Positions 1-8,409 of a stretch of 51,169 bases of DNA are shown piece by piece. The notes below the pieces were generated by a model, which saw only the letters and a list, made by a program, of their open reading frames with translations, was not told the DNA's origin and did not search any database. A program made the position numbers and the translations under genes. How positions within the stretch are numbered: position 1 is the stretch's first letter; each line of letters opens with the position of its first letter. The DNA is from an uncultured Candidatus Saccharibacteria bacterium (GTDB lineage Bacteria > Patescibacteriota > Minisyncoccia > SW-4-49-11), in assembly GCA_964633865.1 (NCBI GenBank), contig CAZWIJ010000009.1, positions 876 through 52,044 on the forward strand. Reading direction: 5' to 3'.

Positions 1-612
1 TTAAATAGTGACGGAAGTCGAGATACAAGTTTTGATATAGGAACAGGATTTGATAATGAAGTAAGAGCTTTAGAAATACAAAATGATGGTAACATTATAG
101 CAGGAGGTAATTTTACAACTTATCAAGGAGTAGAGTCAAATTATGTAATCAGGTTAAATAGTGACGGAAGTCGAGATACAAGTTTTGATATAGGAACAGG
201 ATTTGATAGTGAAGTAAGAGCTCTAGAAATACAAAATGATGGTAAAATTATAGCAGGAGGATGGTTTACAAATTATCAAGGAGTAGAGTCAAATTATATA
301 ATCAGGTTAAATAGTGATGGAAGTCGAGATACAACTTTTGATATGGGAACAGGATTTGATAATAGAGTTTGGGCAATTGATATACAAAGTGATGGAAATA
401 TAGTTGCGGGAGGAGATTTTGTAACTTATCAAGGAATAGGAGCAAATAGAATAATCAGGTTAAATAGCGATGGAAGTCGAGACACAAGTTTTGATATGGG
501 AACAGGATTTGATAATAGAGTTTATACTACAAAGCTTCAAAGTGATGGAAAGATAATTGCAGGAGGAGATTTGAATAATTATAAAGGTATTACAGTGGGT
601 AAGCTTATTAGG
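1..612 (+). repeat. Four tandem 153-bp (51-codon) coding repeats
   Basis: ttaaatag(t/c)ga(c/t)ggaagtcgaga(t/c)aca recurs at 1, 154, 307 and 460, an exact 153-bp period. Confidence 0.95.
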
Positions 613-624
613 TTGGAGCCTTAA
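1..624 (+). CDS. C-terminal part of a delta-60 repeat (beta-propeller-type) surface protein; 5' end lies outside the window
   Basis: Frame +1 is open from base 1 (LNSDGSRDTSFDIGTGFDNEVRALEIQNDGNIIAGGNFTTYQG...) to TAA at 622-624. The 343 start in the ORF track is internal. The QxDGKIIAGGxF...IRLNSDGSRDTSF units match delta-60 repeats. Confidence 0.85.
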   Translation, partial: LNSDGSRDTSFDIGTGFDNEVRALEIQNDGNIIAGGNFTTYQGVESNYVIRLNSDGSRDTSFDIGTGFDSEVRALEIQNDGKIIAGGWFTNYQGVESNYIIRLNSDGSRDTTFDMGTGFDNRVWAIDIQSDGNIVAGGDFVTYQGIGANRIIRLNSDGSRDTSFDMGTGFDNRVYTTKLQSDGKIIAGGDLNNYKGITVGKLIRLEP

Positions 625-646
625 TATAAAAATTTAATTTCTATTT

Positions 647-685
647 AGAAATAAGAGTTATTTGTATCTCTTATTTCTTTTTTTT
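647..685 (+). terminator. Intrinsic terminator after the delta-60 gene
   Basis: agaaataagag (647-657) / ctcttatttct (668-678) perfect 11-bp stem followed by a T-run. Confidence 0.75.
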
Positions 686-715
686 ATGATATAATATTTT
701 TATTAAAATAAGTAT

Positions 716-1504
716 ATGAATTACAATAAATCTAATAGAAAAGAATTATCTCAAAATTTTATCAAAAATCCTTCTATAATAAGATATATTTTAGGTGTGA
801 TTGATATTCCAAAAAATTCGCTAGTATTGGATATTGGTGTTGGAGAAGGAATTATTAGTCAAGAGTTGGATAAATTGGGACATAGAGTAATTGGTATAGA
901 AAAAGATCCAGAATTAGTAGAAAATTTCAAACAAAATTTCCCAAATATCCAGATATTAGAACAGGATTTTCTAAAATATAATTTCCCGGAAGAAGAATTC
1001 TTTATAATATCAAATCCTCCATTTTCTATTTTTTCTCAAATTATAAAGAAGATTATTTATAAGCCAAATCAGAATCAAGGATTTCTTATTTTTGGTCAAG
1101 AAGAAGCTATAGAAAGAATTATTGGTATAGGAGGAGAATCAATATTATCTATTATTTTGAAATCTTTTTATCAAGTAGAAATAGTCCATAAATTTAATAA
1201 ATCAGATTTTTCTCCAAAACCTAATGTGGAAGTCTTACTATTAAGAGGAATTAAGATACCAACTAAATTACTAGACAATCAGCTAGATTATCTGAATTTT
1301 GTTAAATTCGGATTTAGTCAACAAAAATCAAGTTTAGGTAATAATCTCAAAAATATATTTACTTATAATCAGTGGAAAAGACTTTCTCAAACCTATAAAT
1401 TTGATATCAAAGTAGACCCATCTGACTTAAATATTAGTCAATGGAAAGCTTTATATACTTTTTATAAAAATAATGTTATTATAGAAAAACAAATTAAATA
1501 CTAA
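716..1504 (+). CDS. rRNA adenine N6-(di)methyltransferase, Erm/KsgA family, Erm-like
   Basis: N-terminal LSQNF, SAM motif LDIGVGEG, catalytic SNPPF, FSPKPNV, and C-terminal IFTYNQWKRL...SDLNISQW. TGATATAAT promoter at 687-695. Confidence 0.85.
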   Translation: MNYNKSNRKELSQNFIKNPSIIRYILGVIDIPKNSLVLDIGVGEGIISQELDKLGHRVIGIEKDPELVENFKQNFPNIQILEQDFLKYNFPEEEFFIISNPPFSIFSQIIKKIIYKPNQNQGFLIFGQEEAIERIIGIGGESILSIILKSFYQVEIVHKFNKSDFSPKPNVEVLLLRGIKIPTKLLDNQLDYLNFVKFGFSQQKSSLGNNLKNIFTYNQWKRLSQTYKFDIKVDPSDLNISQWKALYTFYKNNVIIEKQIKY

Positions 1505-1534
1505 AATACTATAACTGAGCATTATAGTATTTTA
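1502..1534. terminator. AT-rich hairpin after the methyltransferase
   Basis: taaaatactataa-ctgagca-ttatagtatttta, a perfect 13-bp inverted repeat. Confidence 0.5.
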
Positions 1535-1575
1535 TGTGGTATAATAAGTATTATAATAGTTTAATATAATTAAAT

Positions 1576-2091
1576 ATGACTAATAAAAAATCAATATCTA
1601 TAGTATTTGTTTTAGGAACATTATTTGGTTTATTTGTAAGTTCTATGATTATCTTATTTGGTAATCAAGATATAGAATTAAACTTTATTAATTCAAATAA
1701 GAATAATAATCCAAATAATATAACAGTAGAGGATTTAATACCAAATGTAAATACTATGAATACTCTTAATGTTACTTTAAAAACCAAGGTTTCAGATAAT
1801 GAGTTAATAGTTAATCTAAACGACAAAGAAATAAAAGTTATATTAGATGAAAATACTAATATTTATATGTCAGAAGTTAAAAGTACAGCTGAATTAAGGG
1901 TTGATAAAGAATATTATGATAGAAGAAAGAAAGAGAGTCCAGAAGATAATTCTATAATGCCAGAACTTCCTTTTAAATATATTGAAAAAAGCTTGACTGA
2001 TTTAGTAGAAGGCAACAAATTATCTATAGATGTAGAATCAAATGTTATAGGTAAATCAGAAGTAAAGGCAAAAAACATAAGAGTAAATTAA
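1576..2091 (+). CDS. Hypothetical membrane-anchored protein with possible OB-like beta domain
   Basis: N-terminal hydrophobic helix; C-terminal LTDLVEGNKLSIDV...VKAKNIRV pattern; TGGTATAAT at 1537-1545. Confidence 0.6.
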   Translation: MTNKKSISIVFVLGTLFGLFVSSMIILFGNQDIELNFINSNKNNNPNNITVEDLIPNVNTMNTLNVTLKTKVSDNELIVNLNDKEIKVILDENTNIYMSEVKSTAELRVDKEYYDRRKKESPEDNSIMPELPFKYIEKSLTDLVEGNKLSIDVESNVIGKSEVKAKNIRVN

Positions 2092-2094
2092 GAT

Positions 2095-2673
2095 ATGATA
2101 GCTAGTCTAACAGGTAGAATACAAGTAAAAAATGCTCAGAATATAGTTTTGGATGTTAATGGAGTTGGGTACCTTATTTGGGTTAATCTTACTACAGTTT
2201 CTAAGATAGGTGTTATAGGAGACAAATTAACTATAATAACTCATCTTGAGGTTAAAGAAGATAGCTTAACTTTGTTTGGTTTTTTGGATAATGATTCTTA
2301 TCTTTTATTTAAACTACTAACTTCTGTTTCGGGTGTTGGTGCTAAAAGTGGACTTAATATTCTTGACCTTGGAATGGCTTCAGATATAGCTAATGCAATT
2401 CGAGATGCTAATTTAGGAGTATTGACTTCCGTATCTGGAATAGGTAAAAAAACTGCTGAGAGAATAGTTCTTGAATTAAAAGATAAAGTTTTAGGATTTT
2501 CTTCTTCAGCCAATAGTTCGATAAGCTTAAATAAATCTTCAGACGATCTTGAGACAGCCCTTGAATCTCTTGGTTATAAACCAAATCAGGTTCAAAGAGT
2601 AATGCAAGAAATAGATTTTTCTAAAGATTTAGGAGAGCAAGTAAGAACAGCTCTCAAACTATTACAAAAATAA
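2095..2673 (+). CDS. ruvA: Holliday junction branch migration protein RuvA
   Basis: MIASLTG, LDVNGVGY, LFGF, LTSVSGVGAK and VSGIGKKTAERIVLELKDK HhH motifs, ALESLGY. Confidence 0.97.
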   Translation: MIASLTGRIQVKNAQNIVLDVNGVGYLIWVNLTTVSKIGVIGDKLTIITHLEVKEDSLTLFGFLDNDSYLLFKLLTSVSGVGAKSGLNILDLGMASDIANAIRDANLGVLTSVSGIGKKTAERIVLELKDKVLGFSSSANSSISLNKSSDDLETALESLGYKPNQVQRVMQEIDFSKDLGEQVRTALKLLQK

Positions 2674-2683
2674 TAAATATTAT

Positions 2684-3136
2684 ATGAAAGTTTATATTGG
2701 TTCAGATCACAAAGGTTATAATCTTAAAAATAAAATTATAGAGTTATACCAAAATAATCTAAATTATGAAATTATAGATTGTGGTAATGAAGTATTAGAT
2801 CAAAATGATGATTATGTAGATTATGCTTCTTTGGTGGCTAAAAATGTATCAAAAGATAAATATAGTCTTGGTATTCTAATTTGTGGAACAGGTTTTGGAA
2901 TGTGTATTTCGGCAAATAAAATAATAGGAATTAGAGCTATTTCATCACATAATAAAGATGAAATAAAGGTGGCAAGAAGTCATAATCAGATAAATATTTT
3001 ATGTCTTGGAGCTGATTATGTATCTAATGAAGATTTATCAGAATTATTACAATCTTTTTTTGAGACAGAAATTTATTCGGAAGAGAGACATCAGAGGAGA
3101 ATAAATAAAATTAGTAGTTTAGAAAAAGATTTGTAA
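2684..3136 (+). CDS. rpiB: Ribose-5-phosphate isomerase B (RpiB/LacAB family)
   Basis: IGSDHKG, DYVDYA, GILICGTGFGMCISANK, ARSHN, ERHQRRI. Confidence 0.95.
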   Translation: MKVYIGSDHKGYNLKNKIIELYQNNLNYEIIDCGNEVLDQNDDYVDYASLVAKNVSKDKYSLGILICGTGFGMCISANKIIGIRAISSHNKDEIKVARSHNQINILCLGADYVSNEDLSELLQSFFETEIYSEERHQRRINKISSLEKDL

Positions 3137-3285
3137 AAATATTAATTTGAATAAAAAAGGTATGAACTTGTGACAAGTTTTAAATAATATTACTGTATAA
3201 CCGTTCTCACTAATCTCTCTTTTATTTTATTTCTATCTAATTTCTTCATAACATGTCTTAGATCTCAGTATTATGTAAAAAAGTA

Positions 3286-3314
3286 TTGACAAATATTTCT
3301 TTCTTTGATAAACT
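3286..3314 (+). promoter_or_regulatory. Sigma70 promoter of orphan gene 3342
   Basis: TTGACA (3286-3291), 17-bp spacer, TG-a-TAAACT (3306-3314). Confidence 0.7.
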
Positions 3315-3341
3315 TGTGAGGTAAAAAGTACATTTAAAATT

Positions 3342-4187
3342 ATGAAAAAATTAACTAGATTCTTAAATAAGTATAACTCTTCTAAAGCTAAAAAGTCTTT
3401 AAAGACTCTTTTAGAAGAAAGAATGTATACATTGGCAGAAATATTGTCGTTTTTCGAGTCAATCGAGCAGAGGATAGCTTTTCTTTCTTCTGTACTATAC
3501 TATGATGTGCAGACAAAACAATTGACTTGTTTATACAATATAAGTAGTGTATTGTCTTATGAAGATCAATCAGATCTTTCAAAAGCGGTAGACGATTTGT
3601 ATACGGTTGAAGTTTTGGGTAAATTCTTTATGAATAGCCCAGGAGAGTATGTTGTACTTCAGTCAAAAGAGTTGGTATTGGTATCATCTTCTTCTACTAG
3701 TACTTTAGTAGAAACTTCAAAAGGAGAAATGCTAGCAATGGGTAATACTATTGCCAGTGTTGTCCAGAACTCTTTTATGGGGAAGAGGGACAAACATCCA
3801 TTTGACAACATTATAAATGCCTTAAATGATGGAGAGATTGATCTTCATCGTTGGGAGCAGTTCTTAATGATTGAAATCTCTTCCTTCTTTGGAAGTTGTT
3901 ATACGGTATTAGATATTATTAGTCTTATATTGGCTAATGGAGATTTTAGTCCAGAGTATACATATAATTTGCGGACAGGGCTTGACTATTCTGATCTTGT
4001 CGAGAAAGGTAAAGAGTTAATATCTAAATTCGAACAAGAAAAAGGATCTCAGGATGAGATCGATGCCGAAGTGGTTTTGTTTGATGATGATGACTTGATT
4101 AATGCTATTAATGGCTTATTTGATCAAGTGGAGCAAACATTTGCAATTAATATTCTCCTTGATGAAGAAGAGGATAATGATATTTAG
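3342..4187 (+). CDS. Hypothetical protein (basic N-terminus, very acidic C-terminus)
   Basis: 281-aa ORF with its own promoter and terminator; no family recognised. Confidence 0.7.
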   Translation: MKKLTRFLNKYNSSKAKKSLKTLLEERMYTLAEILSFFESIEQRIAFLSSVLYYDVQTKQLTCLYNISSVLSYEDQSDLSKAVDDLYTVEVLGKFFMNSPGEYVVLQSKELVLVSSSSTSTLVETSKGEMLAMGNTIASVVQNSFMGKRDKHPFDNIINALNDGEIDLHRWEQFLMIEISSFFGSCYTVLDIISLILANGDFSPEYTYNLRTGLDYSDLVEKGKELISKFEQEKGSQDEIDAEVVLFDDDDLINAINGLFDQVEQTFAINILLDEEEDNDI

Positions 4188-4197
4188 TTAAAAAAAT

Positions 4198-4228
4198 AAA
4201 AACCGAGAATAATTTTTCTCGGTTTTTT
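4198..4228. terminator. Bidirectional intrinsic terminator
   Basis: aaaaaccgagaa-taattt-ttctcggttttt, with an A-run before and a T-run after. Confidence 0.85.
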
Positions 4229-4239
4229 GCTATCTTATA

Positions 4240-4268
4240 TTGACATTAAGCATATATTTTGTTATATT
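4240..4268 (+). promoter_or_regulatory. Sigma70 promoter of orphan gene 4300
   Basis: TTGACA (4240-4245), 17-bp spacer, TG-t-TATATT (4260-4268). Confidence 0.65.
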
Positions 4269-4299
4269 AGATTTGCTCTATAATGATCTTTAATAAAAT

Positions 4300-5553
4300 A
4301 TGGATATACAGTCCGCAATTGTTACGAATGTTGAGAATGATGTTTGGTCATGTAAATTAGAAAAGAATGTTTATGATGTTAAAGATATTTTTTGTTCACT
4401 ACATGGAAGAGAAAAATTTTTAGTAATAGATACTATGACTACATTAGTATTTCGGTTTATATTGGTAGAGTGGGTGAGATTTCGTCTGCAAGGATTGCAA
4501 TTTCCTCAGGTTATACCTTTTTATAAACCAAATTCTGATACAGAAATGGATGCAGAGAATATTTTTAGCATATCTTTAAAAGAATATAAACACTGTTTTT
4601 TAGAAGTAAATTGGGAAGAGGTTTTTTCTTACCCATCTACTATTGATCAGAGGGATGTTTTTTGGAAGTATGCGAGTCAATTTCTTGATAAAGTATATAT
4701 TTTTCTTTCGATAGGAATTCAGAAACAAGGGTTTACTCAATTTATTTTGGAATATAAAGAATCCTTAGAAAATACTCCATTAAGTCGAGCAAGCGATGTA
4801 AAATCTCTCAGAAAACGGCTTGCGAACTTACATCCTGATCGATTTATGTTTGATCATGATACATGGATATCTCAATATGGTAAAGAGTATTCCGAACTCA
4901 AACAACAACTTGCTGTTGCAAGAGAAATACAAATAGAGTGCAATACTTCTGATGTGACAGAGGTATCCAATATTTTCAAGACATCACTTTGTGATATGTT
5001 TGAGAAATCAATTGATAAAAAAGGTCTAGGAGAGTTTGAAATTCACAAACCTAAAAAACAGGATACTTCATTGTATGAATTATTTGAGTCAACTCTCAGA
5101 GTTGGTCTCTATGAGTCAATAAAGTGGTCTCAATACTCTAGGGATCAAAAGTTAGTAATGCTTTCTAAAGAGTGGGAAGAATCTTTTATAAGATATTTTA
5201 TCAAAGAATATATTGATCACTTAGAACAATATATTAACTATTTAAAAGAATGTATTGAAATTTCTAGAGATAATCAAGAATATTCACTCAGTCAAGATGA
5301 GTTATTAGATCTAGAGAGAGTTTCTGATAAGATGGATTTTATACAAGGTCTTTCAGAGTTAGAAAAAAAACACTACTTTAAATCAGATGAAGTGCTCTCA
5401 AAGATGCTTTCATATGATGATAGAAATCTTCTTTATGGGATTGAATTAATTCTATCTCCCCTATATACCTATTCAGATACAAGTTTAGGTATTGATGTAG
5501 ATAAACCCATTAATTTTTATGAGATTTTTCTTAAATCTCAATTCTCAATCTAA
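4300..5553 (+). CDS. Hypothetical protein with internal J-domain-like HPD motif
   Basis: 417-aa ORF; ASDVKSLRKRLANLHPDRF around residue 178. Confidence 0.65.
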   Translation: MDIQSAIVTNVENDVWSCKLEKNVYDVKDIFCSLHGREKFLVIDTMTTLVFRFILVEWVRFRLQGLQFPQVIPFYKPNSDTEMDAENIFSISLKEYKHCFLEVNWEEVFSYPSTIDQRDVFWKYASQFLDKVYIFLSIGIQKQGFTQFILEYKESLENTPLSRASDVKSLRKRLANLHPDRFMFDHDTWISQYGKEYSELKQQLAVAREIQIECNTSDVTEVSNIFKTSLCDMFEKSIDKKGLGEFEIHKPKKQDTSLYELFESTLRVGLYESIKWSQYSRDQKLVMLSKEWEESFIRYFIKEYIDHLEQYINYLKECIEISRDNQEYSLSQDELLDLERVSDKMDFIQGLSELEKKHYFKSDEVLSKMLSYDDRNLLYGIELILSPLYTYSDTSLGIDVDKPINFYEIFLKSQFSI

Positions 5554-5623
5554 AATCAGAAAAGATAAAGAATAGGGGAGTATTCATTATCGATTAAAAG
5601 ACAAATATTTAATTTTTAACAAT

Positions 5624-5654
5624 AAGGCAAGCTTAACAATAGCTTGTCTTTTTT
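5624..5654 (+). terminator. Intrinsic terminator
   Basis: aaggcaagct-taacaat-agcttgtctt followed by a T-run. Confidence 0.75.
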
Positions 5655-5793
5655 CTTTTACCAGATATGTTTGTTTATCTAGAACTTTTTTAAAAACAAA
5701 GGTAGATTTCAAAAATTTAAACTTTATCTAAAAAATAAATCTATGATATAATATAAACATAATAAAATATAAGAATTAAGTTTAATAAAAAGT

Positions 5794-7641
5794 ATGCACG
5801 ACAAAGTAGACAAATTAAAACAATTATCCAAATTAGCTCAATACTGGATTTTACAGTCTACAACTAGAGCTGGTTCAGGTCATCCGACCTCTTCATTATC
5901 TTCTGTAGAATTAATGATTAGTTTGGTGTTTGGTGAGTATTTTAGATATAAATTAGATAATCCGAATTATATAAATAATGATAGATTGATTTTTTCTAAA
6001 GGTCATGCATCACCATTATTTTATTCTCTTTGGGCCTTAGCTGGAGTAATTACCAAAGAAGATTTGATGGAATTAAGACAATTTAATTCTAATTTGGAAG
6101 GGCATCCTACAATGAGATTTCCTTATACAGAATGTGCTACGGGTTCTCTTGGACAAGGGTTGTCTATTGGAGTGGGAATTGCTCTCAATGCTAAATATCT
6201 TGATAAATTAGATTACAAAACCTTTGTTTTACTGGGAGATAGTGAGATGGCTGAAGGTTCTATTTGGGAAGCTATGGATTCAGCAAATTATTATAATCTG
6301 GATAATCTGGTAGCTATTGTAGATGTAAATCGATTGGGTCAGAGAGGGGAGACTATGGTTGGTCATAATTTAGAAATTTATAAAAATAAAGCAGAAGCTT
6401 TTGGTTGGGAAGTATTTTTGATTGAAGATGGACATTCCGTAGAAAAAATTTTAGATGTTTATAATAAGTTAGAATCGCAAACTAGACCAATAATGATTTT
6501 AGCAAAAACTTTAAAAGGACATCCAATTTCATTCCTACAAGATAAAGAAGGATTTCATGGAAAAGCATTATCAGAAGAAGAGTTAAATATCGCTTTATTA
6601 GAATTAGGAAATGTAGATATTTCTCTCAGAGGTAATGTTTCTCATCCATTGGTAAAAGATCTTTCTCATCAAAAATTAAATTTACAAGAAAATCTTTATC
6701 CAAGATATGAATTAGGACAAAAAATCTCACCAAGAATGGCTTATGGAGATTCTTTAAAAATTTTGGCAACAGCTTATCGAGACTTGATTGTGCTTGATGC
6801 TGAAGTTTCAAACTCAACTTATGCAGGAAAAATAAAAGAAATAGATTCGAATAGATTTTTTGAAATGTTTATTGCTGAACAGAATATGGTTGGGGTAGCA
6901 GTTGGTTTGTCAAGGATGAGGAAAAAAGTTTTTGTATCAACTTTTGCAGCTTTTTTGACTAGAGCTTTTGATCAGATTAGAATGAGTCAATATAGTAATT
7001 CTAATATAACTTTTGTGGGAACACATTGTGGTGTATCTATAGGTCCAGATGGATCTTCTCAAATGGGTTTAGAAGATATCGCGATGTTTAGAACTTTACT
7101 TGATTCAGTTGTTGTGTATCCTTCAGATGCTGTATCTACTCTCAAATTAACAGAACAGGTATATTTACATAAAGGGTTATCTTATCTTAGAATTACAAGG
7201 GAAGATATGCCAGTTTTATATCCAGAAAATGAAACTTTTGTAATAGGAGGATCTAAAGTTTTGAGAAAATCAACTATGGATAAAATTACTCTTATTGGTG
7301 CTGGTATAACTTTGCATGAAATCTTGAAAGCTCATGATATCTTAAAAGAGAGTAATATTATCACAAGAGTAATTGATCTATATAGTATTAAACCATTAGA
7401 TATGGCGACTTTACATGAGGCAGGAAGAGAGACACACTTTTTACTTACGGTTGAGGATCATTCTATGGCTGGAGGGATAGGAGAAGCTGTGAGATCAGCT
7501 ATGGAACATACAGAAGCTAAAGTGTATAGTATGTGTGTAGAAAAAACACCAAGAAGTGGAACAATGGAAGAATTATTAAAGTATGAAAATATTGATTCAG
7601 ATGCTATAATAAAAAAGGTACATGATTTAATTAATCAATAA
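5794..7641 (+). CDS. tkt: Transketolase (single chain, ~615 aa)
   Basis: AGSGHPTS, SKGHA, LEGHP, TGSLGQG, TPP-binding LGDSEMAEGSIWEA...N, FIAEQNMVG, RAFDQIR, GPDGSSQ, TVEDH. Confidence 0.96.
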   Translation: MHDKVDKLKQLSKLAQYWILQSTTRAGSGHPTSSLSSVELMISLVFGEYFRYKLDNPNYINNDRLIFSKGHASPLFYSLWALAGVITKEDLMELRQFNSNLEGHPTMRFPYTECATGSLGQGLSIGVGIALNAKYLDKLDYKTFVLLGDSEMAEGSIWEAMDSANYYNLDNLVAIVDVNRLGQRGETMVGHNLEIYKNKAEAFGWEVFLIEDGHSVEKILDVYNKLESQTRPIMILAKTLKGHPISFLQDKEGFHGKALSEEELNIALLELGNVDISLRGNVSHPLVKDLSHQKLNLQENLYPRYELGQKISPRMAYGDSLKILATAYRDLIVLDAEVSNSTYAGKIKEIDSNRFFEMFIAEQNMVGVAVGLSRMRKKVFVSTFAAFLTRAFDQIRMSQYSNSNITFVGTHCGVSIGPDGSSQMGLEDIAMFRTLLDSVVVYPSDAVSTLKLTEQVYLHKGLSYLRITREDMPVLYPENETFVIGGSKVLRKSTMDKITLIGAGITLHEILKAHDILKESNIITRVIDLYSIKPLDMATLHEAGRETHFLLTVEDHSMAGGIGEAVRSAMEHTEAKVYSMCVEKTPRSGTMEELLKYENIDSDAIIKKVHDLINQ

Positions 7642-7653
7642 ATTTTAAAATAT

Positions 7654-8319
7654 ATGATAACTGTAAAAAATCTAAAAAGATATTATAAAATGAATTCAGA
7701 TACTACTGTGAAAGCTCTGGATGATATAAGTTTTGATGCAAATAATAAAGAAATTATAGCTATTGTTGGAACTTCTGGATCTGGGAAATCAACTTTATTG
7801 AATATTTTAGGTGGACTTGACTTAGAATATGAAGGAGAAGTTATTGTGGATAATAAAAATATTAAAGATTATAATCCAAATCTTTATAGGAGGCAAAAAG
7901 TAGGGACTATATTTCAACAATTCAATCTAATTAATACTCAATCTGTGTATGAAAATATTGTTTTACCAATTAAGTTTGGAAGACAAATGAATTCTAAAGA
8001 GATGAAAGAAAGAGCAGAATATTTATTAGATAGAGTGGGATTACTGGATAGAAAAAAGCATAGACCAACTGAGCTATCTGGAGGTCAGATGCAGAGAGTT
8101 GCAATCGCAAGAGCTTTAATGGTCAAACCAGAAATATTGTTAGCAGATGAACCAACAGGTAATTTGGATAGTAAGACAGGTAAAGAAATTATGCAATTAC
8201 TTAATAATTTAAATGAAGAAGAAGATATGACAGTCTTCATAGTTACTCATGATCTTAATTTGGTTAAAGAAATTGATAAAAAAATATTCCTACAAGATGG
8301 TAAGATTATAGATAAATAG
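7654..8319 (+). CDS. ABC transporter ATP-binding protein (LolD/MacB-like)
   Basis: GTSGSGKST, LSGGQMQRVAIARAL, LLADEPTGNLD, VTHD. Confidence 0.95.
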   Translation: MITVKNLKRYYKMNSDTTVKALDDISFDANNKEIIAIVGTSGSGKSTLLNILGGLDLEYEGEVIVDNKNIKDYNPNLYRRQKVGTIFQQFNLINTQSVYENIVLPIKFGRQMNSKEMKERAEYLLDRVGLLDRKKHRPTELSGGQMQRVAIARALMVKPEILLADEPTGNLDSKTGKEIMQLLNNLNEEEDMTVFIVTHDLNLVKEIDKKIFLQDGKIIDK

Positions 8320-8409
8320 AATCCTTTTTATAACAAACTATTCAAATATTTTAAGATTTAAGGTATAATTATTATGTATAACAAATATTTAATTTCTTAA
8401 AATAATATA

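Noticed and set aside
1-612. Regular direct repeats as a CRISPR array
   Set aside because: The period is 153 bp (51 codons), the frame is open and the intervening parts are homologous, so this is a protein repeat. No cas genes are present.
3241-3281. dif-like site (ATGTCTTAGAT-CTCAGTA-TTATGTAAAAA)
   Set aside because: The right arm resembles a XerD arm, but the spacer would be 7 bp and the left arm is weak. Such matches arise easily in AT-rich DNA.
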